From a virus (lineage: Duplodnaviria; Caudoviricetes), in IMG/VR virus record IMGVR_UViG_3300037524_000679, positions 1 through 57,900 of that record: a DNA stretch of 57,900 nt; one strand, 5' to 3'. Below the pieces are notes generated by a model, which saw nothing but the letters and a program-made list of their open reading frames with translations, did no database searches and was not told the origin of the DNA. How positions within the stretch are numbered: position 1 is the stretch's first letter; every line of letters begins with the position of its first letter. The translations under genes and the position numbers were made by a program. Below, piece by piece: positions 23,915-34,087 of the stretch.

Positions 23915-26051
23915 GTCACCAAGTAGTGTAAACTATTCCCAGTATTTTGATTTTCCTTTCGATATATACCACCTTACAGAAAATGTTGTAGAAAAAAGAA
24001 TATTGAAAAAGGATATCACCTTAGATATTGATAGTATAGTAAAAGAATATAGCAAAATTATTTTGGTTGGCGCCGACGCAGCAAAACACGTTGGAAAAAT
24101 ATCTTCCGTGCTTACATTTCAAGGGCATCTAATAAATGATAAGTTCATACCTATAGTTAACCCATCTATGCTTACCTTTAAACCTGAAGGTAAGGCTGCA
24201 TTTGATAATGCAGTAAAAAACATATATGATATACTAAATGGTGGAAAAAGTATAGACCATCTAAATCTTATTGCTATAGATGATGAAAATAGTGCTGAAG
24301 CTTATTTAACTAAAGTACTTAAAGAGTATTCAGATTTTATTGCTCTAGATACTGAAACATCATCATTTTATCCGCGTGATGGGTATTTACTTGGAGTATC
24401 AATATCTTATAAGGAAGATGAGGGTGCATACATATCTGCAGATTCAATAAATGAAAAAGTAGAAAATTTATTAAGAAAAATATCTGGGCATCCAGTAGTA
24501 TTTCATAATGCAAAGTTTGATATGCACTTTTTAAAATATCATTTAAATTTGAGTTTTCCTAATTTTGATGATACAATGCTTCTACATTATTGTTTAGATG
24601 AAACACCTGGTACACATGGACTAAAAGAGCTTGCATTAAAATATGCAAACTTAGGTGACTATGAAAAGGAATTAGACACATTTAAAAGGGACTATTGTAA
24701 ACAAAATAAAGTTAAGCTAGAAAATTTTACATATGATCTAATACCATTTCAAACAATGTATAAGTATGCTGCTACAGATGCTGTAGCCACTTATAGATTA
24801 GTTCGTAGATTTCATAATAAAGTATTAGGGTCTAAAAATCTATACAAAGTATATAAGAATCTTCTAATAGAAGGTACAAAGTTTCTACAACAAATAGAAG
24901 ACAATGGTGTACCATTTTCTGTAGAACAGCTAGAAAAAGCTAAAAAAGAAATAGATGTTGAAATAGAAGAAGCTACTAAAAAATTATATACTTTTGATGC
25001 AGTACATAAATTTGAAGAAATTCATAATAAAGTATTTAATACTAATTCTCCTGCACAATTAAGAACTGTATTATTTGATATACTAAAGTTACCTTTACCA
25101 GATAAGAAAACCGGTACTGGTAATATATCTACAGATGCAGAAGTATTAGATGGCATAGACCACCCACTAGCTAAGCTAATTTTGCAAATCAAGCAACTTA
25201 AGAAAATCAAGTCTACATATATAGATAAGATAATATTATCTTTGGATTCAGATAATAGATTACGCACTGGGTTTAATTTAAGCACAACTACATCTGGTAG
25301 ACTAAGTTCCTCGGGTAAGCTAAATATGCAACAGTTACCAAGAGATAATAAGATTGTTAAAAAGTGTATAGCTGCTAATGATGGATGGAAAATAGTTAGT
25401 CAAGATTTAAAAACTGCAGAAATGTATATTGCTGCAGCACTATCTGGTGATAAAAATCTACAAGATATATTTATACAGGGTGGAGATTATCACGGATTTA
25501 TGGCTAAGTACAAATTTGGATTAGATTGTCATCAAGATGAAGTAAAAACACTATATCCAGATCTAAGACAAGCTGCTAAAACGGTATCTTTTGAAATTCT
25601 GTATAAGCTAAACTATGATGAAGAAGTACTAAAGAGGTTTCCTACACTAAAGAAATGGTTAAAGCAAATGGATTCTCAAATTAGAGAAAATGGATACGTT
25701 TACCAATTTTTTGGAAGAAAAAGAAGATTACCTAACGTATTTTCAAAGGATAAATCCGTAGCTAACCATGAGGTAAGATCTGGCGTTAATGCTTTAGTCC
25801 AAGGTCCTGCTAGTGATGTAAATCTATTAGCCGCTATAGAAATGCAGAAATACATTATTAATAACAAAATGAAGTCTAGAATATTTGCTTTAGTACATGA
25901 CTCTATATTAGCAGAAGTTCCTGACAATGAAGTGGAACATTACTGTAAGAAATTAAAAGAATTTACACAAAAGGATCGTGGACTTAGTATTCCAAATTGC
26001 CCAATTGGTGTAGATGTTGGGATTGGAAATAATTATGCAGAAGCTGGGTAA
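23889..26051 (+). CDS. Family A DNA polymerase with 3'-5' exonuclease
   Basis: DTET, HNAKFD, YAATDA, SGRLSS, DLKTAE, RQAAK, VHDS. Confidence 0.95.
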   Translation: MTNIAIIDKSPSSVNYSQYFDFPFDIYHLTENVVEKRILKKDITLDIDSIVKEYSKIILVGADAAKHVGKISSVLTFQGHLINDKFIPIVNPSMLTFKPEGKAAFDNAVKNIYDILNGGKSIDHLNLIAIDDENSAEAYLTKVLKEYSDFIALDTETSSFYPRDGYLLGVSISYKEDEGAYISADSINEKVENLLRKISGHPVVFHNAKFDMHFLKYHLNLSFPNFDDTMLLHYCLDETPGTHGLKELALKYANLGDYEKELDTFKRDYCKQNKVKLENFTYDLIPFQTMYKYAATDAVATYRLVRRFHNKVLGSKNLYKVYKNLLIEGTKFLQQIEDNGVPFSVEQLEKAKKEIDVEIEEATKKLYTFDAVHKFEEIHNKVFNTNSPAQLRTVLFDILKLPLPDKKTGTGNISTDAEVLDGIDHPLAKLILQIKQLKKIKSTYIDKIILSLDSDNRLRTGFNLSTTTSGRLSSSGKLNMQQLPRDNKIVKKCIAANDGWKIVSQDLKTAEMYIAAALSGDKNLQDIFIQGGDYHGFMAKYKFGLDCHQDEVKTLYPDLRQAAKTVSFEILYKLNYDEEVLKRFPTLKKWLKQMDSQIRENGYVYQFFGRKRRLPNVFSKDKSVANHEVRSGVNALVQGPASDVNLLAAIEMQKYIINNKMKSRIFALVHDSILAEVPDNEVEHYCKKLKEFTQKDRGLSIPNCPIGVDVGIGNNYAEAG

Positions 26052-26052
26052 T

Positions 26053-26454
26053 ATGACTGACAACATTGAACACTTAAGAAGTTATTATAATTTAGGTGGG
26101 TATAAAGCTATAGATTTTATAGAACAGCTGAATATGTCCTTCAATGAAGGCAATGTATTTAAATATTTATATAGATGTAATACCTTAAACCCAAAAGGAT
26201 CAATTAAAGAAGATTTAGAAAAAGCTTTATATTACAGTAAACGTGCTTTGTATCATAAAGGTATGTTCGAAATGTATAGAAAACCAAACTATAAACTATA
26301 CTATGTAGACAATCTTAATAAAAGTGCGTTTAATGAAAATATATATTTTGGATTAATTTCTTTAATAGAAGCTATTTGTGAGCCTAATTTTTATGAAGAC
26401 AGTATTACTTCAGTAATACAATTTATAACAGCAGAACTAAATGAAATTAATTGA
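26053..26454 (+). CDS. DUF3310-like protein
   Basis: AIDFIE..FNEGNVFKYLYR..EDLEKALYY. Confidence 0.7.
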   Translation: MTDNIEHLRSYYNLGGYKAIDFIEQLNMSFNEGNVFKYLYRCNTLNPKGSIKEDLEKALYYSKRALYHKGMFEMYRKPNYKLYYVDNLNKSAFNENIYFGLISLIEAICEPNFYEDSITSVIQFITAELNEIN

Positions 26455-26935
26455 TATAAATTTTCCAGTTTTTTGTATTAAGGAATATGAAAAGATAATA
26501 CAAGAAGATAAGATTATTTATATTGAGATAGATGAAATAAAAAAGATAGTTGATAATAAATATTTAGCTGGTAATACTTTGGGTGAAAGAAGGCTACGCA
26601 TTCCTAAGGATAAAAGATATAATTTAAAGTTTAGTTATTTAAATTATCATCAATTATTAAAATCTAAATGTAAGCTATTTATAGACAATAATGGAACTTT
26701 AATAAATTATAAAAAGCATTATAGAGCAACATTAACATATCATAGGATTATAAAAGTAAAACAAGTAGAGAATGTAGGATATATTATATATATGGAAAAT
26801 ATGAATATACCTATGGAAGTACCAACAATTACATATAAATATCAAAACTATGTAGGATTATTACAGTATAATAATGGCTATCTTATATATGAGTTTTGTG
26901 ACATAAAAAAGAAAACATCGTGGCGAATGATATAG
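26441..26935 (+). CDS. T5-like hypothetical protein
   Basis: INFPVF..TLGERRL..WRMI; syntenic between pol and D10. Confidence 0.7.
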   Translation: MKLIDINFPVFCIKEYEKIIQEDKIIYIEIDEIKKIVDNKYLAGNTLGERRLRIPKDKRYNLKFSYLNYHQLLKSKCKLFIDNNGTLINYKKHYRATLTYHRIIKVKQVENVGYIIYMENMNIPMEVPTITYKYQNYVGLLQYNNGYLIYEFCDIKKKTSWRMI

Positions 26936-28206
26936 CAGTATTATCTAACAAAATATACTTACCATATAGTAAAGAACTAAAAGAAGCTTTAGCTATAGAA
27001 TTGACTTATAAAATACCAAATCCTCGACCAGGTGGAAAACCAATTTCTCTTAGAAATTATAGTGTTATAAACAATAAACTAATTGCTTTTCCAATAGGCA
27101 GAACAGACTTAATACCTAAATCATATAAAATAGTTGATAAAAGGTCTGTTGTACCAATTTCTATGCCAGAGTTTTCTTTTAAATTAAGGGAATCTCAAGA
27201 AGATATTTATAATATATTAGAAGATAATTATATTATAAATGCTAAACCTGGATGGGGTAAAACAATAACTGCTTTATCTATTATTAAAAAGCTTGGTAAT
27301 AAAGCATTAATAGTAACACATACAACTAAGCTAAGAGATCAATGGGCAGAAGAAATAAAAGCTGGATTTAATTTTAATCCAAGTGTTATTGGTAGTGGCA
27401 AATTTAGCATTAGTACCCCAATAGTTGTATCCAATATACAGACACTAGTAAAACATATACAAGAGTTAAGAAGCACATTTGGAACTATTATAATAGATGA
27501 GTGTCACCATATACCTGCATCTACTTTTCAAATTATATTAGATAAATTAACAGCTAGGTATAAAATTGGATTAAGTGGAACATTAAGCAGAAAAGATAAA
27601 AAGCATATGCTTATATTTGATTATATAAGCAAAAAAGTATATATACCTAAAAAAGAAAATGTAATGGAACCACTAATAATTGTATATAAAACAAATATTA
27701 GAATACCTGGAAATCATTTAGTACCTTGGGCTAACAGAGTTAATGAATTAACTGACAGAAAAGACTATAGGCAAGTAGTTAAGAGTTTAGCTGTGGCACA
27801 AGCGGAAAGAGGACACAAAGTATTAGTAGTTTCTGATAGAATAAAATTCTTAGAAGAACTAAGTGCTGATATAGAAAATTCTATATGCATAACTTCTCAA
27901 ACACAAAATCAAAAGGAGTTAGAAAGTTCCTTAAGAAAAGGTGATAAAGATATACTTTTTGGATCTATAGGTATATATAAAGAAGGAATATCAATAAATC
28001 AAATAAGTTCATTAATACTAGCTACAACTATAAGCAATGAGCCTTTAATAGTACAATTAGTGGGAAGAATAATTAGACAATTTGAGGGAAAATTAAGGCC
28101 AGAAGTTATAGATATAGTACTAGATTGTCCAACTGGAAGAAAACAGTTTGAGACTAGATTAAGAGCTTATAGAAGCGAGCAATATGAAATTAGGTACTTA
28201 AATTAA
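26920..28206 (+). CDS. SF2 helicase (T5 D10/UvsW-like)
   Basis: GWGKT, DECH, SGT, QLVGRIIR. Confidence 0.9.
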   Translation: MANDIAVLSNKIYLPYSKELKEALAIELTYKIPNPRPGGKPISLRNYSVINNKLIAFPIGRTDLIPKSYKIVDKRSVVPISMPEFSFKLRESQEDIYNILEDNYIINAKPGWGKTITALSIIKKLGNKALIVTHTTKLRDQWAEEIKAGFNFNPSVIGSGKFSISTPIVVSNIQTLVKHIQELRSTFGTIIIDECHHIPASTFQIILDKLTARYKIGLSGTLSRKDKKHMLIFDYISKKVYIPKKENVMEPLIIVYKTNIRIPGNHLVPWANRVNELTDRKDYRQVVKSLAVAQAERGHKVLVVSDRIKFLEELSADIENSICITSQTQNQKELESSLRKGDKDILFGSIGIYKEGISINQISSLILATTISNEPLIVQLVGRIIRQFEGKLRPEVIDIVLDCPTGRKQFETRLRAYRSEQYEIRYLN

Positions 28207-28574
28207 TGATATTTTTTAATTGGGAGCAAATTTTACGACATACAAAATATGATTGCAATTTTTCATTAAATGTGATAAAATGTATATCTAGAGTGAAAAA
28301 AGCTTCAACTCTAGAAAATCTAATAATATTGAAATCAATGAAATATGTGCAACATAATTGGTTAGATAAACCAGTAGAATTACTAGCTTCTAAAGCTACA
28401 AATAATGAAAAGTGTATATATATTTCTATTGCTAGTAAAAGAAATTACTTCTTATTATTAAATAAGAATATTTCTTATTTACCTACGTATTATTTAGAAG
28501 ATGACCTAATAAATAAACTAAAATTAAACACATTATTAAGAATAGAAGATAATAAAATATTATTTGACTATTAG
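28206..28574 (+). CDS. Hypothetical protein
   Basis: Coupled ORF between D10 and D11. Confidence 0.65.
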   Translation: MIFFNWEQILRHTKYDCNFSLNVIKCISRVKKASTLENLIILKSMKYVQHNWLDKPVELLASKATNNEKCIYISIASKRNYFLLLNKNISYLPTYYLEDDLINKLKLNTLLRIEDNKILFDY

Positions 28575-28583
28575 GAGAATAAA

Positions 28584-29219
28584 ATGGCATTAACATTTAA
28601 TAAAATTCATGGCGAAGCTATTAAATCTGAGGTAGATTACTTTAAGTTTGAAGAAGGTAGAAACAAGTTTAGGCTTGTTGGTGAAGTTTTACCAAGATAT
28701 GTTTATTGGAAACAAACCCCAGATTCTAAGAAAAGTATCGCTATTGAATGTTTAAGTTTTGATAGAGAGAAGGAAAAATTTACTAATATTGAAAAGGATT
28801 GGTTTTCAGAATATTTCCCAGAGGATAAGTGCAGTTGGTCTTATCTAGTTCAAGTAATTGACCCTAAGGACAATAAAGTCAAGGTGCTTGGACTTAAGAA
28901 AAAGCTATTCCAATCAATGTTAGATTTGGCACAAGAACATTTAGGTGATCCTACAGATCCTGAAACTGGATGGGACGTAGTTGTATCTAGAAAGAAAACG
29001 GGTGCTTTAGCTTTTAATGTAGAGTACACACTAGATCAATTAGCATGTAAAAAGCGTCCACTAACTGCAGAAGAAAAGGAACTTATAAAGGATCTAAAGC
29101 CTATTGATGAGCTATTTCCAAGACCAACTCCTGAGGAGCAAAAAGCTTTTATTGAGAGAACATGGATTAATGTAGAGGAAAAGGAAGAAGTCCCTGCAGA
29201 AGTTGATGAGGAAATTTAA
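28584..29219 (+). CDS. T5 D11-like single-stranded DNA-binding protein
   Basis: RYVYW, ECLSFDR, GDPTDPETGWDV; acidic C-terminal tail. Confidence 0.8.
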   Translation: MALTFNKIHGEAIKSEVDYFKFEEGRNKFRLVGEVLPRYVYWKQTPDSKKSIAIECLSFDREKEKFTNIEKDWFSEYFPEDKCSWSYLVQVIDPKDNKVKVLGLKKKLFQSMLDLAQEHLGDPTDPETGWDVVVSRKKTGALAFNVEYTLDQLACKKRPLTAEEKELIKDLKPIDELFPRPTPEEQKAFIERTWINVEEKEEVPAEVDEEI

Positions 29220-29224
29220 TTAGT

Positions 29225-29257
29225 AAAAAAGAGAGGTAGATTTCTACCTCTCTTTTT
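29225..29257 (+). terminator. Intrinsic terminator
   Basis: GAGAGGTAGA/TCTACCTCTC hairpin flanked by A and T tracts. Confidence 0.85.
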
Positions 29258-29271
29258 ATTGGGCGTATTAA

Positions 29272-30228
29272 ATGAAGATATTATTTACCGCTGATTGGCA
29301 TATTAAATTAGATCAAAAAAATGTACCAAAAAACTGGCAAATAAATAGATACGAAGATTTATTTGCTAAAATAGATTACTTAGCTAGAACGTATGAAGTT
29401 AATCAAATAGTAGTTGGTGGTGACATTTTTGATAAGATTCCAAGTATGGAAGAATTAGAGCTATTTTTTAATTTTCTATCCTATCCACATGAAAAAGCTT
29501 TGATTATATTTTATGATGGAAATCACGAAGCTACTACCAAAGGAAAAACTTTTTTGCATAATTTAGCAGGAATTATTGCTAGAGTGCACAGAAATGCAAT
29601 GGTATTAGAAAAGCCCTTTACAACTAGGGGTATAGATTTCATACCATACACACACATAAAGAGCTTTAACCCTAAAGATTTCTCTAGTCCTATCTTATGT
29701 ACACATGTTAGGGGAGAAATACCACCACATGTATCATCAGAGATAGACTTAAAACTATTAGAGCACTGGAAAGTAGTTTTAGCTGGTGATTTACACTCTT
29801 ATTCTAATTCACAAAGAAATATAATATATCCTGGATCTCCACTAAGTACATCATTTCATAGAAACAAAGTTAATAATGGACTAATAATATTTGATACTGA
29901 TACACTAGAACATGAATGGATTGATTTAAAATTACCACAGCTATTAAGAAAAACCATAACCAGTCCTGAAGAAGCTATTCAAACTAATTATGATCATACA
30001 ATATTTGAAATAGTGGGAAATATTAATGAATTAAATAATTTAGTTATAGGCACAAACAATATAGACAAAAAAATAGTATATAAAGAAACAAATAAACAAC
30101 TAGATCTATCAAATAAAAGTATATCTGAAGAATTAGAAATATATTTAAGAGAGATACAAAAACTATCACAAACTGATATAGCTAATGTATTAAGAGTATT
30201 TAATGAGGTATATAATGATAATATTTAA
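29272..30228 (+). CDS. SbcD/Mre11-like nuclease (T5 D12)
   Basis: ADWH, GGDIFD, GNHE, GDLH, YPGSP. Confidence 0.9.
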   Translation: MKILFTADWHIKLDQKNVPKNWQINRYEDLFAKIDYLARTYEVNQIVVGGDIFDKIPSMEELELFFNFLSYPHEKALIIFYDGNHEATTKGKTFLHNLAGIIARVHRNAMVLEKPFTTRGIDFIPYTHIKSFNPKDFSSPILCTHVRGEIPPHVSSEIDLKLLEHWKVVLAGDLHSYSNSQRNIIYPGSPLSTSFHRNKVNNGLIIFDTDTLEHEWIDLKLPQLLRKTITSPEEAIQTNYDHTIFEIVGNINELNNLVIGTNNIDKKIVYKETNKQLDLSNKSISEELEIYLREIQKLSQTDIANVLRVFNEVYNDNI

Positions 30229-32020
30229 AAAGCTATGTTGGGATTATTGGTTTTCTTATGGTAGTGGAAATGAAATTGACTTAAATTTAAATAATTTAAC
30301 ACAATTAATTGGAGTAAACGGTAGTGGTAAATCATCAATACCTTTAATAATAGAAGAAGTATTATATGGAAAAAATTCAAAAGGCATAAAGAAACAAGAC
30401 TTACTAAATAGAAAATACCAAAATAAATCTCTATTTGCTAAGTTAGACTTTAATATTGATGAAGATGAGTATAGTGTAGAGCTAAGCAGAAAAACTACCA
30501 TTAAGTTATCACTATTTAAAAATGGTAATGATATATCCTCACACACATCTAAAAATACATATAAAACTTTAGAAGATATAATAGGATTAGATTTTAAAAC
30601 ATTTTCACAATTATTTTATCAAACCTCTAAATCTAGTATAGAATTTTTAACATCCACTGATACACAAAGAAAAACATTTTTAATATCACTATTTAATTTA
30701 GACAAATATCTATCTATATATGAAATATTTAAGGAAAAATATAAAGAAACATCTAAACAAGTATTAAAACTTCAAGGTACTTGTGAAACAATAAATAAAT
30801 GGATAGAAAATAACAAATCTTATAATGTAGATGAAAAACCACTACTAGAGCAGATTGAATATAATATTCAAGATGACCTACATGCTATTAATAAATTAAG
30901 TATAGAACTAGAAAATATAGATAAAACTAATAAAAGTATAAGGGCTAATAATCAATACAAAAAGTTAATAAATCAAATTGATTATGGTCTATTATCTGGC
31001 AATTATCAAAATCCTGGTCCAATAGATGAGCTAATAAGAGAGAAGTCAAAATTAGAGACACAAAGGGCACATCAACAAAAAGTAATAAAAACACTTAATT
31101 CATTAGATCCTGTTTGTCCTACATGTATGCAACAAGTTGATCTAGAATTAAAGAATAGTATGTTAGAAGGTGCCACTTTTAGATCAGTAGAAATACAATC
31201 GTTACTAAACAGACTTGATGAAAAAATAGAAGTTCACAAGCAATTAGATTCTAGATATAAAAGACATATAGAAGCAGTAAATGAATTTGAAAGATTAAAT
31301 ACATTAATAGATAAATCTATGCCATCTATACTACTAGATGAATCAGAATTAAAGGCTAAAATAGCTGAACTTACAAAAAACGTTAGTAGTATTAAAAGTG
31401 AGATGGATAAAATAGAAAATGAAAATAATAAAATTAGCGAATATAATATTAGAGTAAAATTAGTTAAACAACAACTGGATGAATATAAAACACAACTTGT
31501 ATTACAAGAATATGAGTTAAATGAACTTATAAAAAATCTAAACTATTCTGATATATTAAGGCAAAGTTTTAGTACAACTGGATTAGTTAACTATAAGATA
31601 GAATTCTTAGTAAAAGATTTAGAGAGTGAGATAAATAATTACCTAGTAGAACTTACAGATGGAAAATTCCAAATTATATTTAGCCTAAAGGATGATAAAC
31701 TAAATATAAATATTGAGGACAATAATAACATAGTAGAAATAGATAGCTTATCATCTGGTGAGCTATCAAGAGTTAATACTGCTACATTATTAGCTATTAG
31801 AAAATTAATGTCCCATTTATCAAAAACAAAAATAAACATATTATTCTTAGATGAAATAATGGGAGTATTAGATAATTTTGGAAAAGATAAGCTAATTGAA
31901 ATACTAATTAGTGAAACAGAATTAAATACTTTCTTAGTTTCACATGAGTTTACACATCCTCTTTTAGATAAAATAACAATAGTTAAGGAGGATGATATTA
32001 GTAGGATAGATAATGGTTGA
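30215..32020 (+). CDS. SbcC/Rad50-like ATPase (T5 D13)
   Basis: GVNGSGKS, CPTC zinc hook, LSSGE, FLDE. Confidence 0.92.
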   Translation: MIIFKKLCWDYWFSYGSGNEIDLNLNNLTQLIGVNGSGKSSIPLIIEEVLYGKNSKGIKKQDLLNRKYQNKSLFAKLDFNIDEDEYSVELSRKTTIKLSLFKNGNDISSHTSKNTYKTLEDIIGLDFKTFSQLFYQTSKSSIEFLTSTDTQRKTFLISLFNLDKYLSIYEIFKEKYKETSKQVLKLQGTCETINKWIENNKSYNVDEKPLLEQIEYNIQDDLHAINKLSIELENIDKTNKSIRANNQYKKLINQIDYGLLSGNYQNPGPIDELIREKSKLETQRAHQQKVIKTLNSLDPVCPTCMQQVDLELKNSMLEGATFRSVEIQSLLNRLDEKIEVHKQLDSRYKRHIEAVNEFERLNTLIDKSMPSILLDESELKAKIAELTKNVSSIKSEMDKIENENNKISEYNIRVKLVKQQLDEYKTQLVLQEYELNELIKNLNYSDILRQSFSTTGLVNYKIEFLVKDLESEINNYLVELTDGKFQIIFSLKDDKLNINIEDNNNIVEIDSLSSGELSRVNTATLLAIRKLMSHLSKTKINILFLDEIMGVLDNFGKDKLIEILISETELNTFLVSHEFTHPLLDKITIVKEDDISRIDNG

Positions 32021-32468
32021 TAGTAGAGAAAAAGGAGCCAGGGCAGAAACTGCCGCAAGGGGACTTCTTATAAGACACACTAATTTAGAATGGGAAAGGG
32101 TACCAGCATCTGGTGCATTAAATCCAAAACATAAGTTAAAAGGTGATTTATATGTACCAGATAAGTCTAATATATATGCTGTAGAAGTTAAGCATTATAA
32201 AGAAGATCATATAAGCTCTAAAATGTTGACTGATAAGCAACCACAAATAGTTAAATGGTGGGAACAATCAGTAAGGCAAGCAGAACAAATATCAAAAAAA
32301 CCATTACTGATATTTAAATTTGATAGAAGCAAATTTTTTGTAGCTTTTTTAGAACCTAAGCCCTCTAGTAGCTTAAAATATTTTAAGTATAATAATACTC
32401 ATAAATTCTATATAGCAAAACTAGAAGAATGGCTAGAAAAAGAAAAGCCTAATTTTATAGGTGAATAA
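32013..32468 (+). CDS. D14-like PD-(D/E)XK nuclease or Holliday junction resolvase
   Basis: SREKGARAE, RVPASGA, KGD, EVK. Confidence 0.8.
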   Translation: MVDSREKGARAETAARGLLIRHTNLEWERVPASGALNPKHKLKGDLYVPDKSNIYAVEVKHYKEDHISSKMLTDKQPQIVKWWEQSVRQAEQISKKPLLIFKFDRSKFFVAFLEPKPSSSLKYFKYNNTHKFYIAKLEEWLEKEKPNFIGE

Positions 32469-33313
32469 TGGGAAAAAGTTTTTCCAACATGTCAAATGAA
32501 CCTACCAATGGTTCAAACTTAATGATAGTAGATGGTCTTAATTTAGCTTTTAGATTTAAGCACGCTAATAAAAAGGAATTTAGTGTAGAGTATTTTAACT
32601 TAATAAGATCGTTACAAAAGTCTTATGACGCATCTAAAGTATTTATACTTGGTGATGGTGGATCACAATATAGAAGGGAAATATACCCCAAGTATAAAGC
32701 TAATAGAGATGAACTAAGAGCTAAACAAACCGAAGAGGAAGCTGCAGAGTTTCAAGAATATCTAATAGAGTTTCAAAAGTCACTAGCATTATTGCAAACT
32801 AAAGGATATGGTACTCTTATATTTAAAGGTGTAGAAGCAGACGATATAGCTGCGTATTTAACAAAAAAGTTAAAATATAAATATAACCATATATGGTTAA
32901 TAAGCTCTGATAAGGATTGGGATTTATTAATAGATGATAATGTGTCTAGATTTTCATATAGAACTAGAAAAGAAGTTACTAAAGAAAATTGGAGTGATCA
33001 TTATATATTTGATAGAGAAGAGTTTATTAGTATTAAAGCACTTATGGGTGATAAAGGAGACAACGTTCCAGGAGTAGAAGGAATTGGTGAAAAGAGAGCT
33101 TACTCAATACTTAGAGATTTTGGTCCATCAGCACTGGATATATATGATTCTATACCACTAGATAGACCATTTAAATATGTACAAAACCTTAATGAATTTA
33201 AAGAACAATTATTAATAAACTATAAACTAATGGATCTTCTAACATTTTGTGAAGATGCAATAGGCAAAGATAATATATCTATAATAGATAATGTTGTAGA
33301 AGGATATGTATGA
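32468..33313 (+). CDS. Flap endonuclease / 5'-3' exonuclease (T5 D15)
   Basis: DGLNLAFR, YKANR, EADD, SSDKD, GDKGDNVPGV. Confidence 0.93.
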   Translation: MGKSFSNMSNEPTNGSNLMIVDGLNLAFRFKHANKKEFSVEYFNLIRSLQKSYDASKVFILGDGGSQYRREIYPKYKANRDELRAKQTEEEAAEFQEYLIEFQKSLALLQTKGYGTLIFKGVEADDIAAYLTKKLKYKYNHIWLISSDKDWDLLIDDNVSRFSYRTRKEVTKENWSDHYIFDREEFISIKALMGDKGDNVPGVEGIGEKRAYSILRDFGPSALDIYDSIPLDRPFKYVQNLNEFKEQLLINYKLMDLLTFCEDAIGKDNISIIDNVVEGYV

Positions 33314-33738
33314 TTATAAATTTTACTGCTGATAATGAAAAATGTGTTCCATATAAAAAACATAATACAGATGCTGGATACGATTTAAAGTCAAATATGG
33401 AATTTTTTGATATATATCCTAATGAATTTAAACAAATTAATACTGGCGTAAAAATAGCTATTCCAGAAAATTACATGGGTATGATAGTACCACGTAGTGG
33501 ACTTGGTAGTAAAGGGCTTGCTCTTAGAAATACAATTGGTATAATAGATTCTGATTATAGAGGTGAAATTATATTAATGGTAACAAACAATAGCAATTCT
33601 CCTATACCTATAAATAAGTATGATAGAGTGGCTCAAATAATATTTGTTCCTGTATTGCTGCCAGTATTAAATATGGTTAATGATTTAGATGATACTACTA
33701 GAGGGAGTGGTGGTTTTGGACATACAGGACACAATTAA
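33310..33738 (+). CDS. dut: dUTPase
   Basis: AGYDL, PRSG, GIIDSDYRG, RGSGGFGHTG. Confidence 0.95.
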   Translation: MIINFTADNEKCVPYKKHNTDAGYDLKSNMEFFDIYPNEFKQINTGVKIAIPENYMGMIVPRSGLGSKGLALRNTIGIIDSDYRGEIILMVTNNSNSPIPINKYDRVAQIIFVPVLLPVLNMVNDLDDTTRGSGGFGHTGHN

Positions 33739-33787
33739 TTGGCCTGAGTTAAAATTACCTCCTATAAATTTATGGAATATATGGAAT

Positions 33788-34087
33788 ATGCCAGAACCTA
33801 AAGACACTGTGAGTACTTCATTTTATAAAGGATATACTAATTGGTCTTGTGAATTTTATCCATGCCATGATATGTCTGATTTTACAAAAGAAGAATTTAA
33901 TTGCTTGTTTTGTTATTGCCCATTACAATATTTAAATTGTCCTGGTCCTTACAAAGTATTTACTGATAAAAATGGTATTAAAAGAAAAGACTGTACTGAT
34001 TGTACTTTGCCACATAATACATTTAAAAAATCTTGGAATTTTATACAAGTATGGCTAGAAAAACCAGAGCCTTGGAATGGAGAGTAG
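33788..34087 (+). CDS. Cysteine-rich small domain protein (start uncertain)
   Basis: CEFYPCH..FNCLFCYCPL..KDCTDCTLPH. Confidence 0.75.
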   Translation: MPEPKDTVSTSFYKGYTNWSCEFYPCHDMSDFTKEEFNCLFCYCPLQYLNCPGPYKVFTDKNGIKRKDCTDCTLPHNTFKKSWNFIQVWLEKPEPWNGE

